20,000 nucleotides of DNA from Welwitschia mirabilis (lineage: Eukaryota), in the NCBI GenBank assembly GCA_051453625.1, contig JBOZIK010000001.1:28373212-28393211 (forward strand), given 5' to 3'. A program made the position numbers and the translations under genes. The notes below the pieces were generated by a model. It had not been told where the DNA came from. It worked only from the letters and a program-made list of their open reading frames with translations, and ran no database searches. Of this stretch, positions 1-10,556 are shown piece after piece. How positions within the stretch are numbered: the first letter of the stretch is position 1; every line of letters starts with the position of its first letter.

Positions 1-1372
1 GACTACAAACTTCTCGGCATAATCAATGATAATGTTTATGATATTATATGCTTATTCTTGGAAGCTTTTAAAAAGACCTTTAACTTAAAATTAAATTTAT
101 AATTTTTTAGTTTTACAAAAAAAGAATCAAATCCAAGTACATCATGAAAATTACATAAAATAGTTAATGTTTTAAGAATAATTAAATTAACCATTAATAG
201 ATATTTTAAAAATTAATGCATCATATGATTTTTTCCTCATTTAATCATGTTTGCATATTCTAGATTACAAAAATTTATTATCTAGCTTATAAGCTAATGG
301 TACATTGAAAAACATTTAACTTTAAACATTTATCTAATAAGTTTATTATTTCTAATAAAACTTTTAAAAATGATTATGACAAATTAAATCAAAATCATAG
401 TTTTCATCTTATATTGAATATCCATTCTAATGATGAAATAAACTTTAGTTAGTTCTCTTAGAAGATCGCTAGAGGTAAAGGGAGAAGTGATAGAGGCTAA
501 AGTTGAAATAGAGATAATTAATGGTCCTCACATTAGAATACCTCACAAAATAAAAACAAAAATATAGATGTAAATGATATGAATAAAAAAGGTTATGTAC
601 TAGAAAACTACATTAGCCAATACGATTGCAAAATTTAAGTAATTTGAAAATAATTTTTTTGACAATTGAGAGGATACTTTTACATTACATGACTAAGATA
701 ATGGTGGAGATAATCATTTTATGAGTTTAGTTCACACCATCTATACTTAATGAACATAACCATCACATTATGTTACTAAAATACCTTTCTATGATGTAAG
801 TAATGATTATGTTAAAAGGATATTTAATCTAGCTAATATAGACTCAAAAAACATAGTTAAAAATGCAATTTTATTAATAATAACCACATGGATCATGACA
901 TAGGTGATAGTTAGCATGTAAATCTCTATTTACAACATTAAAGATAGAGGTATCAGGTTATATCATCATGGGAGGTAAACCAAGACTACCTATTAAAGGA
1001 AATTGCCAAATCACATTGGAATAGATAAATCTTTATTATTTTATTCTTCTTAATTTTCTTTACATTTTCACCTTTAAAAAAATTATTATCACAATTAAAT
1101 TTTGTAGCTCATGATTTTAACCTTCATCTAAGTATTCTTCACCAAAATCTATTCATTATAGTAAAAAGATAAACATTAATAAAATAAACTAGGTAAGAAA
1201 TCTTCCATAGGGATATTTAAGGTAAACTTAATAGAAGTAACTTAAAATTAATAATTCTATAATAAAATTAAAATGATAGGAAAATCCAAGAGTTGAGATT
1301 TTTGGTGAACTTTGATTAGTGACATAGACAAACAAACAATCTCCAAGGTCTAACTTAACTTATCCAATAGAA

Positions 1373-1377
1373 TACTT
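1373..1377 (+). repeat. Left target-site duplication TACTT of the Sirevirus
   Basis: TACTT immediately precedes TGTTAG at 1378 and is identical to 15102-15106. Confidence 0.93.
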
Positions 1378-1531
1378 TGTTAGATTATGTTTTGTTAATT
1401 AAAGTCAAAGTAATGTCTTTTATATAGCAAATTTTGTCTATTTTGTGCAAAAGAGTTCAAGATTTTTGTAAGTTGAAATATGGAACTAAAATATGCATCA
1501 TAAATCTATTTATTCATTCACCCTTCAGAGG

Positions 1532-1880
1532 GGTCAACCGGATCCTTAAGGGGTTGACCACACCTGAAGCTATCAAAGGAAAATGGACTACATCTAGAGG
1601 GTCTGACTAGATTTTGATGGGGTCGACCGGACCTATAACTTAAAAAACCAGTGTCCCTAAGCCGAATGGTAAGGGGTCAATCAGACTTTTATGAGATCGA
1701 CCGGATTTGAGGACCTGACAAATAGTATTCCTAGACCGAGAGATAAGTGATTGACTAAACTGAGATGGGGTCCACCAGATATGAAGACATAAAAACCTGA
1801 AGTAACCGAAACTCTCTCTCCGACAATCTGTGTAACTCATGGTACCACATGAGGTCAACCAATTTTTTGTGGGGTTGACC
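1532..1880 (+). promoter_or_regulatory. Array of ten degenerate GGTCGACC palindromes (Sirevirus-type LTR repeated motifs) in five pairs
   Basis: Copies start at 1532/1552, 1601/1621, 1675/1695, 1749/1769 and 1853/1873; 1621-1628 is a perfect GGTCGACC; the array lies upstream of the TATA box. Confidence 0.8.
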
Positions 1881-1989
1881 GAATGGAGCGGAAAAGAAAT
1901 TTTTCTAAACATTATGTATCCATTATCTAGTTATTAGGTAACCATTTTTTAGCCGTTTATAACTATTGGAGGTGTAATTCAAATGTAGT

Positions 1990-2017
1990 AAACCCTAATA
2001 GCCTTTGATTATAAATA
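1990..2017 (+). promoter_or_regulatory. LTR core promoter: telo-box AAACCCTAA (1990-1998) and TATAAATA (2010-2017)
   Basis: Motifs seen directly; the TATA box is conserved in the 3' LTR at 14395-14402. Confidence 0.6.
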
Positions 2018-2302
2018 GTTAAGCCATTGATGACCAATCAATGTTTTAGAACCTTTTTTTATTCGGACAAATCCATTGGATCTATAAGATTAAGCTATGT
2101 ATTTGTGTTACTATCATTGTTATATCTTAACATCTACATTTCTAACTATAGGAGATCTACTATTGATATACTTACTTCATTAAAAGTCAGATCTAGAGCT
2201 TCATTATTTGTACTTATATAGGAGGAGAACTCCATCTATTATACTAACTTTAAAACTACTGATATCTATTCTTTCGAGGCATCACTACATCACTACCCAG
2301 TT

Positions 2303-2438
2303 TGCTAAAGGTTGAGACTAAGCCTTGAAAAGTCTATGCTAAAGGTTAAGACTAAGCCTTGAAAAGTCCATGCTAAAGGTTGAGACTAAGCTTTAAAAAA
2401 TCCATTCTAAAGGTTGGGACTTAGCCTAGAAATGTCCA
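2303..2438 (+). repeat. 34-bp tandem repeat x4 in the 5' LTR (TGCTAAAGGTTGAGACTAAGCCTTGAAAAGTCCA)
   Basis: Units start at 2303, 2337, 2371 and 2405. Confidence 0.92.
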
Positions 2439-2594
2439 TTTGTAAAGATTACATGTATACCTAGAATACCTGGTCGAGTAACAGAGATTTAAGATCTAGC
2501 TTAGGAGAAGCTGATCATTAAGAGTGGAGTAGGAGAGTCCCAAACCACTATAAATCTAGCTTGCATCAAATTGGTAGTTTTTACTTTTTTTTTT

Positions 2595-2694
2595 NNNNNN
2601 NNNNNNNNNNNNNNNNNNNNNNNNNNNNNNNNNNNNNNNNNNNNNNNNNNNNNNNNNNNNNNNNNNNNNNNNNNNNNNNNNNNNNNNNNNNNNN
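2595..2694. other. 100-N assembly gap with duplicated flanks (2539-2594 = 2695-2750)
   Basis: An identical 56-bp sequence lies on both sides of the gap; it is single-copy in the 3' LTR. Confidence 0.9.
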
Positions 2695-2866
2695 CCCAAA
2701 CCACTATAAATCTAGCTTGCATCAAATTGGTAGTTTTTACTTTTTTTTTTATTCTTTACTTTTAGTATCTTATTATTTTGTGCACATCCTAAATTGATTT
2801 ATTTTCATATGCAAGTCGTATTTCAAATAGTTTTATTTTAGATTATTCGTTAAAGTTTTGAAAGAA

Positions 2867-2887
2867 CCTATTCACTCCTCCTATAGG
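2867..2887 (+). promoter_or_regulatory. Sirevirus C-rich subterminal signal of the 5' LTR (decayed)
   Basis: CCTATTCACTCCTCCTATAGG ends 16 nt before the LTR end; the 3' LTR copy is CCTATTCACCACCCCCTCTAGG. Confidence 0.7.
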
Positions 2888-2905
2888 GTTATCAATCCTA
2901 TCATT

Positions 2906-2917
2906 TGGTACCAGAGC
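2906..2917 (+). promoter_or_regulatory. Primer-binding site complementary to initiator tRNA-Met
   Basis: TGGTACCAGAGC 2 nt after the LTR; one mismatch to the canonical TGGTATCAGAGC. Confidence 0.92.
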
Positions 2918-2969
2918 TAAGTTGAGTCTACATTATATTTTAATTAATCTTGAACTTAGAACCCTAAAA

Positions 2970-4450
2970 ATGAGTAACCCTTCTATTGGTTGTTCAGCCG
3001 AGAATCCACCTATGTTTGATGAGTCGAACTATGTTTATTGGAAAGCTAAGATGAGAATATTTCTTAGATTCCCAGATGCTGACATAAAGAAATTTATTTA
3101 TAAACGTTATACTATGCCTATAATAATCCAAACTGATGCAAATGGTAACACTATCCTAGTTCCCAAATCCTGAGACTAATGGATAGCCACAGACAAGTCT
3201 AAAATAATCATAGATACCCATGCTCTTAATGCAATTTTTCGTGCAGTGTGTGTAGATGAATTCAAATGAATAGTGAATTGTAACCATGCTAAGGAAGCTT
3301 GGAACATTCTCAAAGTAGCACGCAAAAGAACCTCAACTATTAAATAAGATAAACTCTAGATGCTCATTTTTAAATTTGAAGATATTCATATAAATGAAGA
3401 AGAAACATTGCAAAAATTTTTTACAAGACTTACAAATACTGTAAACTCAATAGCAAGCCTCGGAGAATGCGTGGAGAAAAGAAAAGTGGTGATAAAGGTC
3501 TTAAAATCCCTACTTAAGAGATTTAAACTAAAGGTCACATCCATCGAAGAGAGCAAGAACATTAATACAATGGCATTGGAAGAACTTCATGGTAATTTGC
3601 AAACCTATGAGTTTTATTGCTTTAAAATGTATGCAAGAAGACTATAAATCTGACAGAGTAGATAAGGAATTTGATGATGATAAAGTGGTTCTTCTAGCCA
3701 AAAGATTCAAAGAATTTCTTCATAAAAATAAAAAGTAATGATAATCAAGTAGGAATACAAAGAGAATTCATTCAAAACAAAGAAGGGATCAATAAAAGAA
3801 GAAATAAATCCAATGCTACTCATGAAAAGGGTTTGTACATATGGCTAATGAATGTCCTAACACTAAGAGAGATAATAAAAAGTCAAAGAATCCCTCGTTC
3901 ATGGCTACTTAAGATAATAAAGATGATGAGGATGAGAAAAACTATTCAGATCAGAAATCAGACAGAGATAGAAGATTGTCTTTCATAGCTTTTATGCCAT
4001 TACTTAAAGATGTTCCTAGCACATCAATTCCCAATAATTTGGAAATAATCAATGAAGAAGAGAATGAGTTAGAAGACACATATCAGGAGTCGTATGAAGA
4101 GTGTGAAAAGCTAGCTAAGAGAATAAATGAGTTGAACAAAATAATGAAGTCTATTACCAAAGAAAAGAAGGTAGTGGAAGAGAAATATAATGTGCTCAAA
4201 TCTGAGAACATCAAGATAATTTTTCAAGTAAAAAAATCTTTTTTTTTTTATAAATAAATTTTTTGATAGCTCTTCTAACCTATAATAGATTTTTGGAGTA
4301 TAAAAGTCCACTGGAAACAAATCAGGTATTGGCTTTAGTTCAAAAAACTTACAAGAATAGGTAAACCAAAAGAGAAAGTATGTGCCTAATCTTTTATGTA
4401 ATTTTTATAGCAAATTTGATCATTCAAAGTCTTTTTGCAAAGTTAGATAT
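2970..4450 (+). pseudogene. gag: Sirevirus gag, disrupted by stops and frameshifts
   Basis: PPMFDESNYVYWKAKMRIFL N-terminus; UBN2-like segment (KFEDIHINEEETLQKFFTRL...KVTSIEESKN..MALEELHGNLQTYE); decayed CCHC knuckle CYS*KGFVHMANEC at 3814-3855; coiled-coil-like stretch; GNKSGIGF motif; second decayed knuckle CNFYSKFDHSKSFC at 4397-4438. Confidence 0.92.
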
Positions 4451-4603
4451 TAATTTTTTTCTTTGAAACTATAAACATCTTGAATTTTAAGTTTGTTCTT
4501 AAGAAAAGTATATCACCTAAGTCTAATAAACTAAGTGGAATAAGCTAACAATCTTCAAAGTTTTCTGACATAGATAACTTTTAGAGAATCACATATAAAT
4601 AAT

Positions 4604-4970
4604 TAATATCTAGATAGTGGTTGCTCAAGGCATATATCAGGTCAAAAATCAAACTTTCAACACTTGAAGAGCATAAATGAAAGAGAAGTCATCTTTGAAA
4701 ATAATGAAATAACAAAAATCAAAGGTACTGGATGCATCAAGAGAGGTAAGTTACCTAAACTTGATGATGTGCTTTATATCAATGGGTTGAGACATAATTT
4801 ATTAAGTGTAAGTCAATTATGTAACAAAGGTTACAAAGTAATCTTTAATAAATTGAAATGCAATGTTGTAGAGAAAAAAATGAATGTTTCTATTTTCTTT
4901 GCAAAACGTGTGAATAATACTTATAGATTAGATATTAAATTGATTGATCAATTGTTCCATGCAAACCAAA
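4604..4970 (+). pseudogene. pol: Copia aspartic protease region, truncated before integrase
   Basis: *YLDSGCSRHISG (canonical WYLDSGCSRHMTG), then VLYINGLRHNLLSVSQLCNKGY and KRVNNTYRLD; no LWHxRLGH or integrase follows. End coordinate approximate. Confidence 0.9.
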
Positions 4971-5039
4971 ATATTAGGATAAATTTTAATGGAACTAAGC
5001 TTTTTTATAAATTCTGATGTAACATCTAGTATCAGTAAC

Positions 5040-6114
5040 TATTGCAGTGTGTATTTATGCATGTTTTTACAGTCAAATAAATTTTTCATTAATAATTAAA
5101 ATAAATATTATGCATAATACAACATGCTAGTATAATGGGAGTGACCCAAATGTCATATCTCATTGAAGTCTATCCTTAAGGGACTTAGGTTGATTTTGCA
5201 ATTAAATCTTAGGAACTAAGAATAAAAAATAACAATGCAAGAAATTAAACTATCATGCAAGATGCAACATGTAATCTATTCTAACATGCAATGCAAAATG
5301 ATCCTAACCCTACCTTGTTTTTTAGTCCTAATAAGGACTGACCTTGAAAATCTATATCACCCAAGAAATTATTACGAGATCTTAGGCAACATTAGACTAT
5401 AAGGGTCATAAGAAATCCTATAATGCAAATAATACAAATATATAAAGAAAACCAAGATTTATATTAAAAGAGTAATGTTCATCTAGGTTACAAAATAGCT
5501 GGGTCCTTATAGAAGATACTCAGCCCTTTACCAAGTATTCATCCTTCTGCAACTCACAAAGATAGATCTTCCGCCCTTCTCTCTCTAATAACAAGAATCT
5601 CTGGTGCATTGAATATAAGAAGGAGAGTGTAGGAGGGTCTTATTTATATAAAAATACAATAGAAATGGATAGACAAAAGGTATAGTTAGGCATGCTTATT
5701 AAGCTCTCCAAAATAGAAAAAATGGTTGAGGAAATCTGTCAATAACATTTACATGTTAGTGTCATCCGAGATGTTATCTAGATAACCTAGGGGATGAAAA
5801 ACCATTACAAAATATTATGAAAGTAATAACTCAATAGTCCATGTAAGTAATCATTGTCTGGTCTACCATGTGGACAATGGAAGGGACGATGGTCTTCTTT
5901 AATGACTTCTTGTGATGAAACTTAGCAGTTTTATCATGAAAAGCTCTGTTCATTAGAAAGTTCCTTTATTGTATCAAATTTGGGTAATAACTACACATTT
6001 TTGAGATTTCCTCTTGTATCTTCAAAATCCTCAAAATTACACTTAAACCTGTATAAAATTTCTACATAACAACTCATAAAGCCCATTAAATAACCATAAA
6101 TTGGTAGCATAACA
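5040..6114 (-). repeat. 3' LTR of the nested element (1075 bp)
   Basis: Colinear with 10557-11676; + strand reads TATTGCA...GCATAACA; - strand TATA box at 5641-5650. Confidence 0.92.
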
Positions 6115-6130
6115 TAGCCCTCCACTTAGA
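6115..6130 (-). promoter_or_regulatory. Polypurine tract of the nested element
   Basis: - strand TCTAAGTGGAGGGCTA directly abuts the LTR and resembles the Athila-type CTAAGTNTGGGGG PPT. Confidence 0.7.
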
Positions 6131-7653
6131 CTTTGTCAGTTCTTAACAAAAATCATGCAGAAAAACCATAATTGCGAGCTAATTTACTTTCCAAAAGATA
6201 ATCTGAAAATCATAAAACAAGCTCATAAAAACACATGATATAGATAAATGACAAGTAATGCATAATGTGTATAAAATTTTGAAAATTTTTGTGTCATAAA
6301 AGCTTTAAAATTTTGAAAACAAGTCATGTGAATGGGTCTTAATCCCCATCCAATCTAAAAGAAAAGGTAATATATCCATATTGGTAAAATAAAGCAAAAA
6401 AGATTAAATGGAAGTGGGAAGGTAGGAAATGGAAATGAGGACAACTTTTAAAACAAAGTGCAAAGCTAAGTAATGTCAGATTTGAAAAATATAGGCATAT
6501 GAAATATTCTAACAAGTAAAGAAAAGATGGACAAAAATGTTTCATTATAAAAAGAATATAAGTAGCACTTACAACACTAAAAATCTGAAAAGTAATATAA
6601 ACAAGAAGAATGGACATATAATAATATAAACAAAAGATAGCTCACCACTCTAACATTTTAACCTACTAATTTCTAATGAAAGTAATCATAACATCACTTG
6701 ATATAAAAAATGCATGGCTTAATGTACAAAAATTTCATTCAAAAAGATAGTGATTATGATAATCCTAGAGTAAAATGATTTAAACAATGAATGACTAGAC
6801 CAAAGATTTTCTCAAAAATGAACTCTCCTACCATCATCTTAAAACAAACACCAAAATCTCAAAAAGTTAAATGATTATGTGGAAAGACTAAGAGTCTAGG
6901 AAACAAGCAATGCTTTTGATGATACTAGAAAAACCACTGATTCCATAGCCTTAAAGTTTAAATTCAACTTTATTACCCATGATGAGGGGAGTGCAACCAC
7001 CATTAGAGAAGTAAAGAATCATAAAGCAAAACTAACTAACCTCCCAGTGGAGTTCCCACAGCTACCATATTACACTGCCAAAGGCTCTTTTTAAAAATAT
7101 TTGCCCCAGTGTACTTGCAGTAGGACATCATGATAACCATGTTTTTTAGATAAAAATATAAAACATCATTATCTTTATTTACTCTTTTTTTCTTTTTAAA
7201 GAAAAACAACATTCCACATGACCAAATACTCCAGAAAACAAAGATGAAATTCAAAAGTTCAGGATAGGAAAAAACACTCTTAAATAATCTAAGACCCTTT
7301 AACCATTAAAAAAAGCATAAAAAATAAAGCATTTTCCTTTAATTTAAAGTTCATGGATGTGTGAATATCCTAAGTTTGGGTGAATCCAATCTTACCATTG
7401 AAATGCCTAAGTTAAAAGACTAGTTATGGAAATAAATACATTAGTCAAGTTTAAAAGATGATTAAGTAATGCCATAATAATCTTTCAAATGAAAAATCTT
7501 AATAGAAAATTCAGGTGGTTTGCTTGTGGAATAACAATTTTTGCCCAATTACTTCCTATAATTCTCAATCAGTCAAGTTAGAAATTTTAATAGAGTCATA
7601 AAAATGTTTTTTTTCCAAAAATAACAAAAAGCAAAAATCAACAATTTATTGAC

Positions 7654-7786
7654 TATTATCCTGCTCGTCTTCCAGACGACAGAGAGGATGACATACATAA
7701 GAAAAAGAAATATAGCACAAAAAATTAATGGAAAAATAGAAGAAACTGTCATCCACCTTGTTGTGGGGACGACAGATGAGATGATT
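7654..7786. repeat. Two four-box palindromic cassettes in the 3' UTR of the nested element
   Basis: 7654-7693 TATTATC-ctgct-CGTCTTC-ca-GACGACA-gagag-GATGACA; 7747-7786 TGTCATC-cacct-TGTTGTG-gg-GACGACA-gatga-GATGATT. Confidence 0.75.
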
Positions 7787-8092
7787 AATTATTTTTGTAA
7801 AACAAAAAATAAAAAATGGAAATGAAAAAAACTAAAAATAGAAAATAAAAAAAGAGACTCTGAAAACTGAAAATTGAAAGAAAAATAATAAGACAGGTAA
7901 ATTTTATTCAAATCCTAAATCTAAAACACACTTTTATTAAAAAAAAAAAAAGAAAGAAAGAAAAAGAGACATGATTTCAAGATTTTTAGAAAAATGAGGT
8001 CCACACCAAATATTCACCAATTGATAAAACATGAAAGGTATGCAATCATTTTTCAGTAAAATCAATTAGAAGAAAAGAGAATAAAAAGATAA

Positions 8093-10097
8093 TTACTTGA
8101 TAGCACATTTTTTAGAATTCAAATAAGAGACAAAAGAATGATAAGTGTCTTTGAAAAGTGATCTCATCTGAAAATTTTTAATATTGTGGGTATCATTGTG
8201 AAAGGCATGTAAAAAGAGACTCAAAGAAAGTTTCCAATATTCTTTTGAAGGATTTCTAAAATGTCTCCTATTATTTGATTTAGAATATGAATTTTTAGGA
8301 AGATAAGGCTTTTTCAAATGAATACATTTATTTCCACAAGCATAAATGTAAGAGATAAAAAATTCATACAACTCATGGAAAAATAATTTCTTATCAAACT
8401 CATGATGTAAAGGATTTGAGACATAAATTTCATTCAAGACTTGATATTGAATCTAGGAGGTATGAAAAAAATTGTAAAAAACTTCTTAGGATGAAAGATT
8501 AGGATAGGCTTTATGTACCTAAGAAGCTCCTTGACTTTTAATTCTAAACATGGATTGAGATCAAGAAGATATGGTTTTTGCCAATTAATAATTCCAAGAT
8601 ATCCCAAATCTTGTTTTGAAAAAGAATGATCAATGGAAGTACATGATAAAATTGACTTAGCAAATGAGAAAAATATAGTACTTTTTGCACATGAAGTTAT
8701 CAAAGGAAGAGGTTGGAAGATCTTTGAACTCAAGTCCTCAAGATGATGTGGTTCATTATTTTCAAGGATAAGAATGTGATTTTGAATGCTTTCTTCTTTG
8801 ATTATATCTCCCTCTTCTTTATGATTAATTATTTCATTTTCTTCTTTTTCATTTTGTTAAGGAACATTGTTCTTTTCAAAGATGGTAGAATCCTCAAAAT
8901 AATCACTAAAAAGATTATAGAAAGAAACGCTGTTACTATTTTATGAAAGATATTCTAATGTTTCTTTTCTTAATTTCTCTTCCTCTTTAAATAACTCCAT
9001 TAACTCAAAACTATAATCCTCATTTAAGTTAAGTTAATCATCTTCCATTGTCTTCATCTCCATCTCTATTAATTTTAAAAGTTAAATCTCATATATTAGT
9101 GGAACTCCTTTTTCGTTACAAAACATATGGAAATTTGGAATATGATCTAAAATCTTAATGACATCTTCCTCATCCTCTTCTTTACTATTATCATCATTTT
9201 CTTACATGTTGTTATTTTCATAAGAAGGGAAAACGTGATCTTCACCATAGAGGTACTCATGAATGCTTTCTTCATTTAATAACAACACCTCATTATCATT
9301 ATCTAAATAACTATTCTCATCTTCATTGTTGAAAGATGTAGTCAAGTTATCACTATCTACCCTTTGCTCATTGTCCTCAAGGTAAGATGTAGAAGCATTA
9401 GTTTAAGGATTTTTCATTTGAAGAGAGAGGAAATTTTTATTGAAGAGTCTTAATTCTCATTTTGGATCATAGTAATTCATGAAAAATGGATAGGATGGAT
9501 AAAAGTGATTAGATGAGGTTGAATCTTTAACATTTTCTTAATTAGTTCCATATTGGTTTTGAAAAGAAAAGGGGGCGTAATAAGGTGGTTAAAAAGAGGA
9601 ATAGACCCTATTCATAATCTCAATATCTCTTTGTATTATCCTTCCATTTTCTGTCAAGAGCTTTTCAATTATTTTCTTCTTTTCATCCTTAGCTTTTTTT
9701 CTTTTTAATTCAGCTATAAGTTCCTCAAAGGTTTTTTCCCATTCATCCTTAGGGTAGTTTNNNNNNNNNNNNNNNNNNNNNNNNNNNNNNAAAAGATGTT
9801 TAGATTTCTCTTTTCTTGTTAGTTAACAATTCCTTAAGGGTGAGGTTGACATTAGGGGTAGAGGATCCTATGACTTGTTTTTCTTTTAACGAGAGGCACT
9901 TGATATTATAGATTGATTCTCTCCTTCTATAGGTTTTTCATTAAGGAAATTAGATTTAGAAAAATAAATTTAGAAGAAAGATTGAGTGCATCTAGAGATT
10001 ATTCTTTTGACTTCTTTTCTATATTAATCAATTCTTATTTGATATTCTTTTTTATGAGTTGTTTTACTCTTAGATATTTCTTCTCTAGATTGACCAT
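8093..10097 (-). pseudogene. Decayed ~2 kb ORF of the nested element, possibly a highly diverged gag derivative
   Basis: ATG at 10097 about 440 nt after the PBS; long frames with scattered stops (NYPKDEWEKTFEELIAELKRKKAKDEKKKIIEKLL..., acidic DN/E tract, IKILDHIPNFHMFVTKK), continuing into ORF-track pieces 8434-8733 and 8093-8437; interrupted by a 30-N gap at 9761-9790. Confidence 0.6.
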
Positions 10098-10140
10098 ATC
10101 ATAGCATCCTACAAATACAAAATAATATAAAATAATAGAC

Positions 10141-10387
10141 TATTATCCTGTCTATCATGCAGATGACATAGGGAATGATGCACTCAGAAAATGGAAAAAT
10201 AGTAACCAAACCAAAGCTAAAATAAAAAGATGGAAAAACACAAAAAAATGCCTTTTGTCCACCTGATCGTCTGGACATCACAGAGATGACAAAACTAATT
10301 TATTATAGAGAAAACATAAAATAAAACCGAAAATAAAAATAACATAGTATCATCTTGATTGTTATGGGGATGATAAAAGAGATAAGA
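10141..10387. repeat. Three four-box palindromic cassettes in the 5' UTR of the nested element
   Basis: Cassettes at 10141-10180, 10253-10291 and 10348-10387, separated by A-rich spacers. Confidence 0.7.
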
Positions 10388-10535
10388 ACATCTTTTTAAT
10401 GAGAACCAAAATCTAAATAAAACTAAAACACAGCACACAGAAGACCTAAAGCTCCTAATAAAATATAAAGCCATAAAGACAAATAACTAGTATACTTATC
10501 TGAATGATGATGATCCTTGTACTTCTTGATAGCCT

Positions 10536-10553
10536 TCCCTAGCTATGATGTCA
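10536..10553 (-). promoter_or_regulatory. Decayed tRNA-Asp primer-binding site
   Basis: - strand TGACATCATAGCTAGGGA versus Athila-type TGGCGCCGTTGCCGGGGA: 11/18 identical, 6 of 7 differences are transitions; 3 nt from the LTR. Confidence 0.72.
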
Positions 10554-10556
10554 ATT

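Larger units (their letters stand above)
1378..2903 (+). repeat. Sirevirus 5' LTR (~1.37 kb after removing the gap artefact)
   Basis: Colinear with 13595-15101; starts TGTTAGATTATGTTTTG, ends CCTATCA, followed by the PBS. Confidence 0.95.

Noticed and set aside
1-1372. Possible very old LINE or DNA-transposon remnant in the flank (e.g. - strand LEIVCLS and VNRDLHA loosely like LINE endonuclease motifs; short + frame at 1-102)
   Set aside because: Matches are a few residues in stop-riddled AT-rich sequence. A translated profile search of 1-1377 joined to 15107-15346 would be needed.
1640-2221. ORFs 1640-1912 (-) and 2027-2221 (+)
   Set aside because: They lie within the LTR and show no recognisable domain; probably chance ORFs.
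2303-2438. CRISPR-like appearance of the 34-bp repeats
   Set aside because: Units are head-to-tail with no unique spacers, lie inside a plant LTR, and no cas genes are present.
2539-2750. 56-bp direct repeat flanking 100 N, and the X-containing ORFs 2501-2797
   Set aside because: Overlapping contig ends at a scaffold gap; the segment is single-copy in the 3' LTR.
4930-5017. Possible RNase H C-terminal remnant (DQL...TKILG*ILMELS vs QLADIFTKPL...LRxELG)
   Set aside because: Too weak, and equally readable as the pre-integrase linker; not called.
6339-7254. ORFs 6339-6617 and 7036-7254 (-), as a possible Athila env
   Set aside because: F/L/I-rich translations of T-rich 3' UTR with no env-like motif.
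7795-7970. A-rich runs and (GAAA)n
   Set aside because: Low-complexity T-rich UTR of the - strand element; no TSD or body to indicate a retroposed poly(A) insertion.
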